This document shows, one piece after another, positions 12,918-25,850 of a DNA stretch of 39,997 nucleotides (the stretch's first letter is position 1; every line of letters starts with the position of its first letter). The notes under the pieces were generated by a model. The model was not told the DNA's origin, searched no databases, and saw only the letters and a list, made by a program, of their open reading frames with translations. The stretch is from the NCBI GenBank assembly GCA_965178125.1, contig OZ237748.1, positions 1,178,001 through 1,217,997 on the forward strand, written 5' to 3'. The position numbers were made by a program, and so were the translations under genes. Source of the stretch: Bilabrum cf. latius (taxonomy: Eukaryota).

Positions 12918-15900
12918 TCACGCCCTGACCTGGTCCAGGTCGGCCGGATCACCCTTCCACGGGTCTAAATACCTCCCCGCCTCACGGAAAAGCCTACCCT
13001 CTACCTCACGCGAGTAGTCCCCCCGCCGCATCTGATCGTCACCAACAACGGCCAGCGAGCACATGCAGCCCCGCCTATCTACGCACAGGAACGGATCCAC
13101 CGCCCGATTACCTCTCTGCAAGCCACCTTCACCGTCACGTCGCTGTATCATGAGCGCATCATGGGCCTATGCCAATCCACGGAGGCAAGCCTCCTGCCCC
13201 AACCGCCGACCTGCCTCCTGTATCGTCTTCCTGGCCACATCCAACTCATCCATCTCGGCATGTTCATCAGAATCGCTCCCATCGCCGTCCTCCTACCCGC
13301 ACCTGCCTTTCCTCCCGCCACCACGACCTCCGCTAGAAGCCCGTAACGACGACAGCAGCCTCTGTCCTGCCACCACATGAGCCCTCGAAGGCTCCGTCAG
13401 CTCGTGCCCCACCACATGAGGCTGCTGCTTGAGCACCTCCACCAAGCATCGGGCAACCACCACCATAGCAGCGACAGGCGAAAGGCTATCAGCTTCCTTT
13501 CCGGCCTCTCGCGACTCCTGCACCCCTTCTGCTGCCCTTCCTGCTCCTGCCGCAAGTGCTCCAGCTGCTCCCCCGCCACTCCCCCTCTCGACCAGGTCCA
13601 CCGCCGACAGACACAGCAACACGCTGTCCAACACCCGGCACAGAGCACGAGCAACCTCCGGGTCTACCACGCGCACGCAGTAGCGCTGAGCCCTAACGCT
13701 CATGGCCACAGCTGCAGCAGGACTGGCCATGCTGGTGCCAGTTGCAAGGCCGATTTTGTTCGAGGGCCACAGGCAGTCAGCCAAGGTGACCTCTGTGCCA
13801 GGCTGCCACAGCTGCACGGGGGTCCCTTCACCAGCCCCATGATCAGTTGGAGGTGCCCTCAGTCCCTGAATCACCTTGGCTGCCAGCCCACCGACCGTCT
13901 CCACCAGCCGGGACGGGTCCTGCAGCCGGTCGCTCTCCTTGCCGAATGGCGCCCACTTCTAACCATACCTTAATGTACCGTCCGGTAACCGGTGCGATCG
14001 GAATTCTTCTTGACTACACGGAGCACACAATGCCATAATGGTGAGCACAACCACAATGAGCATGGGCGTCTGCTACAAGATACTGCCGATGCTAGTGCCC
14101 ACGACCGCGGTGGTTGACAGTCCGTACGCTTGGCTCGATATAACTACAACAGCCATACTGACACCAAAACCAAGCCACAGACACTATTGTAGAGCAACTG
14201 TCCACATGAAAGTATTAGGAAAGCGCTTCCAGCGCATGCCGCTCCTGCAGTCGCAGCTTGCGCCTCCCTGACAAGGCGCACTTGACGCAGGAAATGCATG
14301 GCCCTGCAGCTCGTCACGGACAGCTCCTAGTCGAACGCATCGGGCCAACGATGCCTTCCACCGCGACCAAGGCGTGCAAGACACAAGAGCAATCAAATAC
14401 AGCGAAACAGGCTACAGCCAAAACAGCACGAAAAGTGGCAGCGTGGCCAACTTGCCGACGTCGATCCCAGAATGCTTGAACCCCTCGAAACCTAGCACCA
14501 TCGACAGAGGGACACCCACGCAGAGCACCAGCAGCAGCATGGCCAGTCGAGTAGGAAGCATCGTCATCAGCATGGACCGGGGCAGCACGCCTTGCTCAGG
14601 TGCTAAAGCTGACGAGTAGAGGGTCCATCGGCCCGTCATAGGCCAATAGAGATGGTGTGCATTTGACAGCTGCTGTATCGTCTGATCCAGGCGGTTCGGG
14701 TGCGGCAGCAGCTCCAGCAGCACCGGCACTACCACGGCCAAAGAGCAATACAACGTTCCTACGGCAACGATGGCGCGCATTTGGCTGTGATCCATCGGCT
14801 CCCTGTCCCCGTATGCCGCCTCTGCTTGCACTGCCAGAGGCCTCGCCACTGCCGTCAGCAATGCCACCATGCACCAATACGTGACTGCAACTACTTGCGG
14901 GCCGACTAAAGATTGATTATAATTGGATTCTGTCACCGAGTCAGCTGGCGGATACCTGTCTAAGGAGACTAGCGGGTTAGCGCTCGTCCCTCCCCGCATG
15001 CACCCGCACATCTGCAGCACCACCGTCCATCCGATCGTGCTGGCCGACCAAGGCTCCTTCGCCCGCACACAGCTGTAGACCATTGCAGCCACCACCTGCA
15101 GTGCACCTGCAGCCAGCACCCCAAGCAACATGGAATCGATCTGAGGCACAGGATTAGCCGCGTCGGCCCACCGTAGCTACCTCGCCGCTACGTACCGGTT
15201 CCCTGTCACATGCGGATCTCTCAGCGACACACCGCAGTAGACCATGGATCGCTTGATCAAGGCCTCTGTCTCGTTCTTATTATGCAGCATGGGTATAAGC
15301 TGAAGAACGGACCCATTCCGGGGCAGCCTCACTATGGTGTTGTACTGCATGAAGCTTCCCACCGCGCTCCCGTTGTTGCCCTCTGTGAGACCCACCGATA
15401 GGGCGTTCCTCACGCACGTCTGCTGCCAGGGTCCCAGCATCAGCAGGATTGCTACCACTACTATAGCAGCACTTAGGGCACAGCGACAGCACTGGAGATG
15501 GCACAGTAGTTCTGAATGAGAGCAGCACACAGGCGGAGTATACTTGATGCCCTCTAGCCGCCCACCGTTCGCCTTGCTTGCCTCTCCCTCCCTCTCGTCG
15601 ATCAAGTCGGCCTGCTTCTCGTACCACTGGGAGAACACGTACTCGGCCGGGGTATAGGCATTAGTGGTCTGGTTCACGACGATTGGTAGTATGCGTGGAT
15701 TGCCACGGCGATCAAGATAATCCGGGGGATACTCTTGAGGGGACTATACGAGGAGGGGGGTGGCTGCAGTCGGTTGAGGTGCGAAAGCTGGTCCTGTTCC
15801 GGCAATGACGCTAGTTACAGCATCAGCAGCAGCAGCACCTCCACCATTTCTAGCACGGCTATCGACACCTCCAGCAATACCACTGCCACCGGCACTGCTA

Positions 15901-17075
15901 CCACCCCTGCCAGTGCCATACCCAGCAGCACCATGCACTCGGCCCACTTGGTTAAGAGCAGTATCCAACGAGTGCTCAACACGGCAAGTCGTGCCATGTC
16001 CCAGCCCGCTATAGCCCTATGCTCGTACGGCTGCACGCAGTCCTCGCGGGCCGCGACCCTCCTAGGCCTCCTCACAGGGCAGGGGCAGCTCCTTGATGTG
16101 GCCCGAGCGCAGCACGCAGGGGCCTTGCCTGTACCAGTAGGGCCGGAAATCAACATTTCCGACGTTTCCCCGGCAAAATGTTGGCGCTGGCTCCTGTTCC
16201 GAAAAAGCGTCTCCCGCTGACGGCGGAGAGGCCGGGAGCCCGCGCTGATCCACCAACCCATCGAGCGCCGCCAGCGCTCCCCCGCACGGGATGGCAGCGG
16301 CAGCCAGCATAGCATCTTGTCTTGCTCTCATGATGTCAGCAGCAGAAATGTCCAAGCCGTCGCCTGGTTCTGCTGCATGATCCGGATCGCCGTGTGCGCC
16401 CGCCTGCCCGCTCGACCTGCGGACCCCTTCGCCCAACACCACTAAAGGCAGTAAGTCGTCTGCTAACCTCAAGCACAGCGATCCATAAGTATCATGATCT
16501 GCATTTCTAGCCCCAAGCTCGTCGTAACTCCCTCCGGGCCCCGTGCGGGCGGTTGCACCGTCCGCCAAGCGGATACTCGGTAGGCGCTGAGGCTTGGACA
16601 TCGATATCAACGCCTGCACAAGCTCCACTCCCTGCACAACTGACTAGCGCAGCTGATGTCGGCGGGCCGTTTGATAGCTATCCTGCGTACGGCAGTCAGC
16701 ACTGAAGGTGGCTCGGCGAACGACCTCAGCAGGAGCAAGATCCGTCAACCTCATGTGAAGAGAGCAATCTGCCGACGCTGCAACTAGCGCGTTTTGGGTC
16801 CTTGTATCTAGCATTGCCATAAGGGGCTGCCGAATTCCTGTGTAAGGTAAAACATGAGCGAGACGTCCACGAGCAGGTGGAGAATGCAGCAACCACAGCA
16901 GCAAATCACTGCGGTGCATTAGGCAATACCTCACGCCGGTCTGGCACGATTCGGCTAAATGAATCCCTGCGTCCGGCTGATGCGGTACTTGAGCGCATGC
17001 TTGCCATGCTTTGCAAGGGGTTCTGGAGTGGTGATTGTCGCATGCCGAGTCTGAATTGTTGGAACCGCACCCAAC
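12918..17075 (-). CDS. Large (about 1300-1380 aa) hypothetical multi-pass membrane protein; 5' end uncertain
   Basis: Minus-strand ORFs 16644-16934, 16062-16637, 15744-15968, 15177-15677, 14412-15149, 14184-14396, 13293-13904 and 12918-13151 are all in one frame. The frame has 11 TAGs and no TAA/TGA between 12921 and 17075, and ends at TGA 12918-12920. Many hydrophobic segments at about 14000-15500. First in-frame ATG is at 16919. Confidence 0.8.
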
Positions 17076-17088
17076 TTACAGAACCCCA

Positions 17089-17964
17089 TTTGTCTCGAAG
17101 GGATCGAGGAGGGCTGCAGCGAAGGCCAAACGGGCGCTCGCAAGGGCGGTCCGGGAGGACTTTGCCAGCCTGGCTGTAGGGGCAGCCGAAAACAACAACC
17201 TCGCCGTGGCGATCGCCAACGTCAAGGCAGGGTTGGCTCAGAACGGGCAGCAGGACGGGGTGCCGGCAGCGGGCGCCGGAGGGAACGTGAACGCTGACGC
17301 TCCCCAGGGGGAAATGGGTCCCCAGGGTGGAGCTTAGGTGGTTTAGGCCATTGCAGCTGAAGCGTGAAGTCTGGTAGGTCCCGGGCCCTCGTTCCAGATG
17401 TTTCTTCGTGATAGCGTGCGCTTTTGAGTTGAGTCCACAAAATATCAGATTCCCCCCCATTGATCTCATTAGAACCCCCCCATTGATCTCTCCGTTGCCG
17501 CCTAGCACCAGCACGTGCGCGGGGAACAGCGTGTGTACCACACTATGTACTCACGGGTCATGCAGGACCACTCAAGGATCCTCGATTTTGTCTCGAAGGG
17601 ATCGAGGAGGGCTGCAGCGAAGGCCAAACGGGCGCTCGCAAGGGCGGTCCGGGAGGACTTCGCCAGCCTGGCTGTAGGGGCAGCCGAAAACAACAACCTC
17701 GCCGTGGCGATCGCCAACGTCAAGGCAGGGTTGGCTCAGAACGGGCAGCAGGACGGGGTGCCGGCAGCGGGCGCCGGAGGGAACGTGAACGCTGACGCTC
17801 CCCAGGGGGAAATGGGTCCCCAGGGTGGAGCTTAGGTGGTTCAGGCCATTGCAGCTGAAGCGTGAAGTCTGGTAGGTCCCGGGCCCTCGTTCCAGATGTT
17901 TCTTCGTGATAGCGTGCGCTTTTGAGTTGAGTCCACAAAATATCAGATCCCCCCCCATTGATCT
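17089..17964 (+). repeat. Direct duplication of 378 bp (17089-17466 and 17587-17964) carrying the 3' end of an ORF plus trailer; probable element remnant
   Basis: Offset 498 bp; three substitutions seen (17163, 17344, 17451). Encodes FVSKGSRRAAAK...GGA*VV(*/Q)AIAAEA followed by TGA. Confidence 0.85.
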
Positions 17965-18014
17965 AAAAATTATTCTGGTATTCTGGTATTCTGATCTAGG
18001 GTCGGCGCGGTCCG

Positions 18015-18549
18015 CTCGTGCCACGAGGCGACCTGTGCTTTGAGCACGAGGGGACGGCTTATCCAATCGATGTCACGGTGGTTGATTCCACTGCGGCAAC
18101 TTACCGTTGGGACCACTCGTCGTGGAGGATTGGTAGCGACTGGCAAGAGGGGTCTGCTTTGCGGGAAGCTGACCAGCTACGGCAGGCCCGTCGACCTCGG
18201 AGCGCTCGGCGTCCGGACTCCGGATCGGAGGAGAAGACAAGTGGTGTCCAGGGACTGTGAGGACCTGGTGAGGACACAGGAAGGGGCGGTGCGCAGGGGC
18301 GTGCGGGTCGTACCCTTTGTGGTGGACGTGTTCGGGGGGATCGGGGAGTAGTCGGTCAAGTTCCTGCAGGTGCTCGACAAGTTGCTGAAGATACGGTAGG
18401 AGGACAAAGTGCGGCAGGTTTCGACTGGGCCGGCCTAGCTGCTCTCAGTTGGTGAGGCCAGCAAAGTCTCTGAGATTGAGGTCGCTCGGTGGGCGCAGGA
18501 CCCGCTCGAGGAGCAGGCTCAGATGCGACGTAGCGATGCGGAGGAGTGA
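18015..18549 (+). mobile_element. Degenerate C-terminal restriction-like endonuclease (RLE) domain of a non-LTR retrotransposon (R2/CRE-type), 5'-truncated
   Basis: RGDL...IDVTVV, then after a frameshift K..SY...VVPFVVDVFGGIGE*SVKFLQVL, matching the PD-(D/E)xK RLE motif order. Three in-frame TAGs; ends at TGA 18547-18549. Confidence 0.7.
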
Positions 18550-18708
18550 GAAGGAGAGAGAATATAATATGTCTGAGTCAAAGCACACACTACCCAACTA
18601 CAACGACCACCCCAAGAGGCAATCGCGCTGGGCAGGTCGAACGGATCAGCAAGCTCACGCCATGGGCTCCGCAACAGAAGGAGAGAGAATATAATATGTC
18701 TGAGTCAA
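18549..18708 (+). repeat. 33-bp perfect direct repeat (18549-18581, 18676-18708) flanking 94 bp
   Basis: AGAAGGAGAGAGAATATAATATGTCTGAGTCAA occurs twice. Confidence 0.85.
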
Positions 18709-21700
18709 GGAGAGAGAGAGAGAGTATGGGGGCGAATGGAGGGGTTGGGGAGGGTAGAGCAAAGGGAGGGGGGGACGACGGTTCACCGGAACGGGGGAGG
18801 AAATGGTGGAGGAGACGATGATCGGTGGGGTCATTGGGTTGATGAGGCGGATAGGAAGGGGGAGGCACAGGCCGGGCAGGTGTGGGTTGGGGTATGTGTG
18901 ACGAGTGACTCGGATCAGGGGGATCGGATCACCGACCACATGCGGATGTGGAAGTTGAGAGGTCACAATTAGACTCGAGCGGCAATCAAGCCGCGTGCTA
19001 TTCGGGCGCTGAGGGGCAGCATTCGCCAGTTTTCTTATCGCGAGGCTATATTCGGGAATCGCGCGATGGACGCACAGGTTCTAATCGCCTCAGGATACGG
19101 GCCATGGCTAGCAGAGGATGGCGTAGCGAAAAAAGTATAGTATGTTGGCGTATCTACAGAATATTCGTAGATCATGAGCACGGGGAATCTGCTCCCCGAA
19201 GTCAGCCAGAGCGCAGCGATCGATTCTCCTGACTTCTCACCCAGGCTTGCACCGGGCAATGCCGTCTCAAAAGCACCAAGAAGAGATTTTCAGCAAGAAT
19301 TTGAAAGTGCTAGACGCTGTGTGGCTCCGTCGCGCGTCTATGAGCGAGAACGGGGATCTCAGTTGGAAGCTCTTGGTAACGATTTCGTGGCTGCAGCGCG
19401 CGGCATCTTTGCTGGGTTTCCCGCGGTCGAAATGTAGGATCTAGTAATTGAAATCAAGAATCGAGCAGGGCTTGTGTACAAACGTGTGCCTGCTTTGCGT
19501 TTCACGCGGGGTGACATGCAGGCCATTGAGGCTGCCACGGGAATTAGGTTCGTTGACGCTGGCGGCATTGCTGGCGGCGTGAAGGCGATCCATGAGGAAG
19601 CCGGCCTGTTCCTGAAGTTTGCCTTGGATCAGAAAGGGCTGTACGAAAGCGCAATGATGGCTGCCAAGGCCGCGAAGAGGGAGGCGGCGGCGAGCGCAAA
19701 GCTGATGGAAATGGAGAGTTTGGCATGCTCTACGCCGCTGCTCGAGTGCGTGGATCTCCGGCAGCGCTACAAAGATAGTTCCAGAACGAGAATGGTTCGA
19801 GTGTAGGTCTATGCCCGCGTGAGCGTGAGAAGCTTTCGCGCAAATGATAGCTCTTCGTGGCGAGATTCCACCCTCCGCGTCGGATCCTGCGACGGAGGAG
19901 TCACCATGCACACGGACGACGAGCAGGCGAGCGACGTGGTTAAGAGCCTCCAGTCGCAATTCTTCCTGGCGCCAAGCACGAGGAAGGTCGCAAGATTGTT
20001 CCGACACAGCATGGTTGCGGTCGAGCCCGGAGATAGTGCGGCTGGAGCCAGCAGTTCCTGCGGTGGTGACGAACCTAGTGCGTCGAGCGGGGCGGGAGCT
20101 GCCTACTGCACCACCGGAACTGAGATCCAGGACGCATCACCACCTACTGATCAGCCTAGGGGAAAAGCTGGGACTGCCGCCACTGGCGGCCGAGAGGGCG
20201 CGTGCCGAAACTTGCTCGATTTCTTAGCTCGCCACGGACTGCGCGAGCCATCCGCTGCTTTCATCCGGCAGCTGAGCGCAGACTGCCTCACCGATGGCAG
20301 GATGCAACGGAGCAGGGAACACACGGCACCGTTTTGGAGCATGCCGAGCAACGAATACAACGCCCTGGTTGCGAGGAAGACCATTGCGAAACACAGCCTA
20401 AGATTGGATCATGATATTTTGGCAAACGCGACACGGTTTGTTCACATTGTGGAGGCGCAGGAGGCTGTTGACGTCAGCCTGCCTCTACCATTCGATGTTG
20501 AAGTGCACCAGCTTGATGACGGGCAGCGCATGGTGCTGGACACGCACCGCTTGCTGCTTCCAGACGTTCTGTGGATGGATTGGGCTAGCACTCACGCAGA
20601 CGCAAAACCACGCGTGTGGATGCTGTAGCTGGAGGCTGGCGGGGGCGTCCTCAGGCGGGGTACGCTCAGAGAGTACCCGCTTTCTCACTCGCGCGAAAGA
20701 AAACCGAACTTTGAGAGGATCTCGCGGCACCTGAACGACGTGATTTGGGGAGGAAAAGGTGCAGCAGAATCGGGAGTGCTGTCTGCCTGCGGAGGCGGCG
20801 CTGTTGCTGGACCACAAGCGATACACTTTCCGGCTGACCGCATGGAGCACGACAGGGACACCGGCTCCGTTGTTGCCATTGGAATTGCTGCGCCTTTGCA
20901 CGAAGGGGGCAGTGATGCCTAGATTGGCGGCCGCCCTGAGGCCTCGGGCAGTACTGTAGCAGTGGCTGTGATATCGTGCCCGCGATGGTACTACTGTGGG
21001 AACACGTGCCTCACCTGCCTACTCCCCGCCGAGGCGGGTACTGTACTCAGTCAAACGCTCAGTGAAAGCGCTCGCCGGATCTCTCCAGATGCGGTGATGA
21101 GAGGCGATCGCACTGCAATGGAAGTCGTAAGAAAGCGCATTCGGTCACTCTACAAGACGGTCAAGAGCCAAGGCTACGGCTGGGTCCTATACAAACTCGG
21201 GAATCTCGACGAAGAACAGCTGGAGCAGAGACAGGCCTTGCGATCTATGCTCAAGAACGTGATCCACAGCTTTGGGCTCGGTCTGCGTCACGTAAGAGTG
21301 TGGCTGGAAGACGGACGCAGGAGAAAATAGCCAATGGTGGAAGAGCTGGTGCAGGCTATTGCATGTCCTCGGAGCGGCACGCTTGCGTGCGATAGCGTGG
21401 AAAGACTGCATGGCATAGTTTCGCAAGCTTTTTCTAGAATTGTGCCAGACGATGCCACGGGGTATGCAGATTCAACACAAGGTGCGATGGAATTGTCAAA
21501 CCGAATTGCGCTGGAGGCGCGTTGCTTTGCCTCGAAGGGGTTTTACGTTGGGCCTTCCATATCGCTGGATGTTCCACTCGAGCTGAACCGGCCGTATCAG
21601 CGCGATTCGTACCGGCGGTGTGCTGGCACATTCCACAGCATCACAGGAGCTACGTTGGAGTACTGCAGGAGCGGTCCTGCCAGGGCCATCGCGGAGGCGG

Positions 21701-22413
21701 CACACATGCAGAGATGCGGGGGCGACCAGATACCATCGCTGCAGATGCTGTTCGAACAGTTTTATACAGCTCCCGGCTCAGCCAGCCTAGACGTCACATG
21801 CGCCTTGATGCTTTCCAACTTGCATTTCAGCAAATTGCCGCGCACTCGGAGCATTCGCCGATGCATTAAGCTGGGTGAAACGAGTCGTCGATTCTCTCCT
21901 GCGCCGATGCGACTCTGCCACGCCTGCCGAGAATCTGGCGCGGGCTGCCCTGGCCGCTGCCGCTGAGTTTGAGGAGCGCGACCTCACAATTCTCGCTGGA
22001 CTAGGCTTGGCTCACGCATTGTCCTTGGAACGGCTGGATCGTGACGAGGAAGCATGCCGCGCGTACCGCCACTCGGAGTCTGACTGCATGGCATCGGGGG
22101 AGGCGTCCTTGGACATGCAACGCACGGCGGTACAATCGATGGTCGGACATGCCAGGTGCGTTGAGTCCTCTGGTTTACAGTAGGAAGCGTTGGCCTTGCA
22201 TCGGCGCGCGCTCGAACGTGCAGCAGCTACTCTGGGAGTGGAATCGCACGAGCATGTCGACTGTCTCATAGAAACTGCAAAGTGCCTCTGGAACTTGGAT
22301 GAAGACAGGGAGGCGCTCGAGACTGCCAGGAAAGCTTTGAATCTGGCATAGTCGATTAGTGGTCGAGTTCACGACCACCAGCTGCAGGAGCTTGACATCG
22401 TGACTTCCATGAA

Positions 22414-23157
22414 AGCTTCTTTTACAGACTCGCTGGGCACCGCCGCCAGGCCGCCAAGGCTCGCTGCAGGCCCGGGGCCACTGCCTGGAGCGTGTGCAAG
22501 GGATTGATCGCGGGGAATTGACCCCAGCGGCTGCCGGGCCGGTGCTCGGCCTGCCTGCCGCGGCCGGCTGCCGGCACGAGGCCCGGCACCTGCTGGAGCT
22601 CCACCCACAGCTCCACCCGCAGCCCCTGCTGCCAGGGCGCTTGAGGTCGACACCGCGCTCCCGGCGTGCGCATGTGCGTAGGCATCCTCCGCCTTGCGAG
22701 ACAGTACGAAGGTGTCCGAGTCCTGCGCCGTTGCGGTCGGCTCAGGAAGTTCAAGCCAGGATGCGAAGGACGGGAAGGAGTCAGGCAGAACCGTGGAATA
22801 GGGTTGTCCATGCACGCCCTTCATGGTGACCACCGCTGTCAACAAGTATCGAATCATTGATTCAATTATCTGTGCGCGCTTCGGAGACCCACGCCGTACG
22901 CCTTTGATGGCCTCGTTCCACTGCGCCTCTAGCGCGAGGAGCCGCTCTGCGGTAAACCCACACACTCCGGTCACCGATGCCCATTGCATTGGATCAGACA
23001 AGGCCCCAAAGCATGCCTCAAAAAGGAAAATAGCACGTTGAAAACCGGGTTCTTTCAAGGCCAACGTCGTGAAAATGCCACGCCAAAACTGCTGAAGCCG
23101 CGCCATCACGCCCTAGCGCTCCGGCTGAACTGTATCTGCACCCGCACCCGAAGACAT
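22414..23157 (-). CDS. Truncated ORF1/gag-like protein of the insertion (function inferred from position only)
   Basis: ATG at 23157 (MSSGAGADTVQPER*GVMARLQQFW...) reaches ORF 22369-23109 through one TAG. Helical N-terminal part, then an Ala/Gly/Pro-rich linker; runs off the element edge with no stop. Confidence 0.55.
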
Positions 23158-23427
23158 GAGACCACAACAAAAAGAATTCAAGACGATCTGTCAGTCCTGA
23201 GCTCTTCCACCCCGAATGGAGGCGATTGACTGGAGAAATGCCAACCTCCACTCTTCGTGGCCTGCCTCTTCCGTTAATCAGATTACGATGTCTAACGCTA
23301 CAATTCCTCTTCCCACCTACGGACAAGGTGTTGCGGCGTTCTCCTTCTTCGCAGAGCCATCCTCATCGCACAGACGCTTATCATCTCATTTGACGTCAAC
23401 AACGAATCAGACTCTGTCTCCTTAATA
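22414..23427 (-). mobile_element. 1014-bp retroelement-like insertion: about 240-bp terminal repeat followed by a truncated ORF
   Basis: Flanked by the 7-bp direct repeat CCATGAA (22407-22413, 23428-23434). TPR coding stops and resumes at its edges. 23187-23258 recurs at 1-72. Confidence 0.7.
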
Positions 23428-25674
23428 CCATGAAGCTGAAAGGCTTCGGATCACCTACCACTCCTTCCTGTCGGACGACAGCGCACAGAGCATCCACAGC
23501 CTCAAGCGATTGCTCAAAACGTAGAACAAGCTGCTTGGCCCGAGACATCCTGATTGCGCTCGCAGTCTCATCGATATCGGGCAGGCGTACGCCGATCTGT
23601 CCAAGAACGAGATTGCGCTGCGATGGCTGACGAGCGGAGCGCACGTCCGCCGGACAGCACTAGGCCCCAACGCATGGTAGCACGCGCACGACACGTTGAT
23701 TGTTGCATCCGGCCTGCGCTAGCTAGGAGGCAATGCAGAAGCGATTGCCGAGGTGAGAAGAGCCTGCTCTCTGAGCAGCAGCGCGTGGGGCGGCAAGCGA
23801 CTCAGGCGGTGCAGGTTCGTGGCCAGAGCAAGCCAGTTGCTGTGCGAGCTTGGAGACTGTGATATGGCGGCAAAGCTCGCCACAGAGAGTTATCATGCCA
23901 TAAAGGGCAAATTGGGCCCATCCTCGCCACTCTCCGCCACGTAGCTGAAAGCAGCAAGCAACAGCCTGTTGCAGGCAAAGAAGGGCGAGTTGGCTCTGGA
24001 GCTCACAAGCAAGGCGACTAAAGCTCTGCAAGATAGCACCAATGATTCGGCACCTGGCTAGGGTCTGGCGCTTGCCCAGTGCTACGGTGTACATGCAGCG
24101 TGCTTGCGGGAGCTAGGCCAGAACGAAGACGCGCTTCAATCCGACTTGCACGTCGTTGATCGGCTGGATTCGATCCGAAAATCAAAGGCAAGTAGCCGCA
24201 ACGATTGCGAAGCGGACATACTCCGGTGGGCAGAGGCTGCATATCGGCTCGCGCAGGAAGGCTTCGAAGCAAAGGGTGATTTTGAGAGCGCTCTGGCGCT
24301 GTGCCGCAGGATCCTCGACTTCGTTGCGCATCCAGGGGCATTACGCTGCGCCAGCCGCTGCCTGCGGGCGCGTGAGCAGGCCGACATGGCTGCTGAGCTG
24401 GAGGAGGAGTTTAGCTACTTGCTCGAAGAAAGTGATGACGACAGGTCGGGTGGTCTAGGGCGTGGAGGCAGCGTGACAGAGTCGAGCGATGAAGGCAGCC
24501 AGGCAAGTGATGCAAGTGATGCGAGCGAAGAAAGCGATGCCTGGCTGCGCAAGTGCGTGTCACCCAGCAGCGTCCCACTCGTGAGCGAATTCCAAGCCCA
24601 TGCAGCGATCGGTGACGCTGCAGACGAGGCCCTCGAATGTGGACAGGTCCATGAAAGCAGAAACAGCGTCGGCCCAGTTGGCGCTGGTGCCCGCGACGGT
24701 GGCCATGAGGAGGGCGCACGTGATCCTGCATACTCCGCGATTGCACTGGACGCAGCACTCGAAGCCGGTGCAGCAGATACGTTCGAATCGACCACAGACA
24801 GCTCCTCTAGACTCAGTTGCGTGGCGTCAATCAACAAGGAGGGAGAGGCTGCTGCCGGAATGTCCTTGCCGGTGGCAGAACCAGATACCTCGGAGTCTAG
24901 CTCAGACTCGGATAGCGATATGTCGGATGTATTCTGACGCATCGGGTCAATAAAAGAAAGAAATGGGGTTATTGGTTTGTTGCTGCGATCCCTTCACCTA
25001 ATCACACGTGTTAGAGCTTTCCAAGGAGTTACAGCATTTCTCGTGCAGCGGTTAGATGTTGGCGAAATGCAAATAGCGCCGGTTGCACAAAATTTTCAAC
25101 AAGATCCGTTAGCGTGACTAATCTAAACGTCACTGGAAAAAAACAACCTAAAATTTGTCCTCAATAGTTAGCGGCGGCAGCGATGCACAAAGGAAGCCAC
25201 GAAAAATATACAAAAGGGTTAGGTTTAGGGGTTAGCCCTAAGTCATGGTGGACACCGTGATCCGGATCATGACAGGGATCACTGACAACGAGACCCGCAC
25301 CATCCATGTGGATCGTGAGCACAGGGCTAGCCACCCGGTTACCTGCCCTGCCTCTGCCAGCGCGGTATTTGGTCCAAGCCGCCCTCCCGCCCCCTAGGCC
25401 CCGCTCCCCTGCTAGCTGTTTGCTGCTTGCTTTGTCGGTAAGAACTAGGCTGTGACAACCTCGGTAATGTGCGGTACACGACTAGATCTTACCCCTGCAA
25501 GATCGCATCCTGATTGAGCGCAGTCGACCAAGAGACAAATTAATGCTGCCTGGATTATGAAGTCTGTCATTTATGCTGCTAGCCGTTTTGGTCAGTTGTA
25601 GGCTATACCTCTATTTAGCTTCTATCTGAGATATATACATTCTAGCCATATCATATAAGGTGCCCACCTCCAAC

Positions 25675-25849
25675 CTGCCAACCATAACACTGCGCTTGCA
25701 ACCTCATCCATGGCGCTCACCTACGCCCTGCCAACTATCACACTACGCCTGCAACCTCATCCACGGCGTCCACTTCCGTTCTACCAACTATCACACTACG
25801 CCTCCAACTTCATCCACGGCACTCACCTGCGCCCTGCCAACCAACACAC
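25675..25849. repeat. 53-bp minisatellite, about 3.3 diverged copies
   Basis: Units starting CT(G/A)CCAAC at 25675, 25728, 25781 and 25834, abutting the first telomeric tract. Confidence 0.85.
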
Positions 25850-25850
25850 A

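Larger units (their letters stand above)
19174..24937 (+). pseudogene. Large protein with C-terminal TPR repeats (kinesin-light-chain-type) and an acidic tail; interrupted
   Basis: ORFs 19174, 19474, 19819, 20740, 20962 and 21334 share one frame linked by TAGs. After a frame change near 21875, the segments at 21875, 23429 onward, 23753 and 24104 share a frame. TPR-like motifs EALALHRRALERAAATLG and LKT*NKLLGPRHPDCARSL. Ends at TGA 24935-24937 with AATAAA at 24949. Insert at 22414-23427. Confidence 0.75.

Noticed and set aside
2696-24937. In-frame TAGs as nonsense mutations, sequencing errors or pyrrolysine
   Set aside because: The stops are exclusively TAG across unrelated genes on both strands, including genes with no other lesion. 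Pyrrolysine is not known in eukaryotes and no pyl genes are present.
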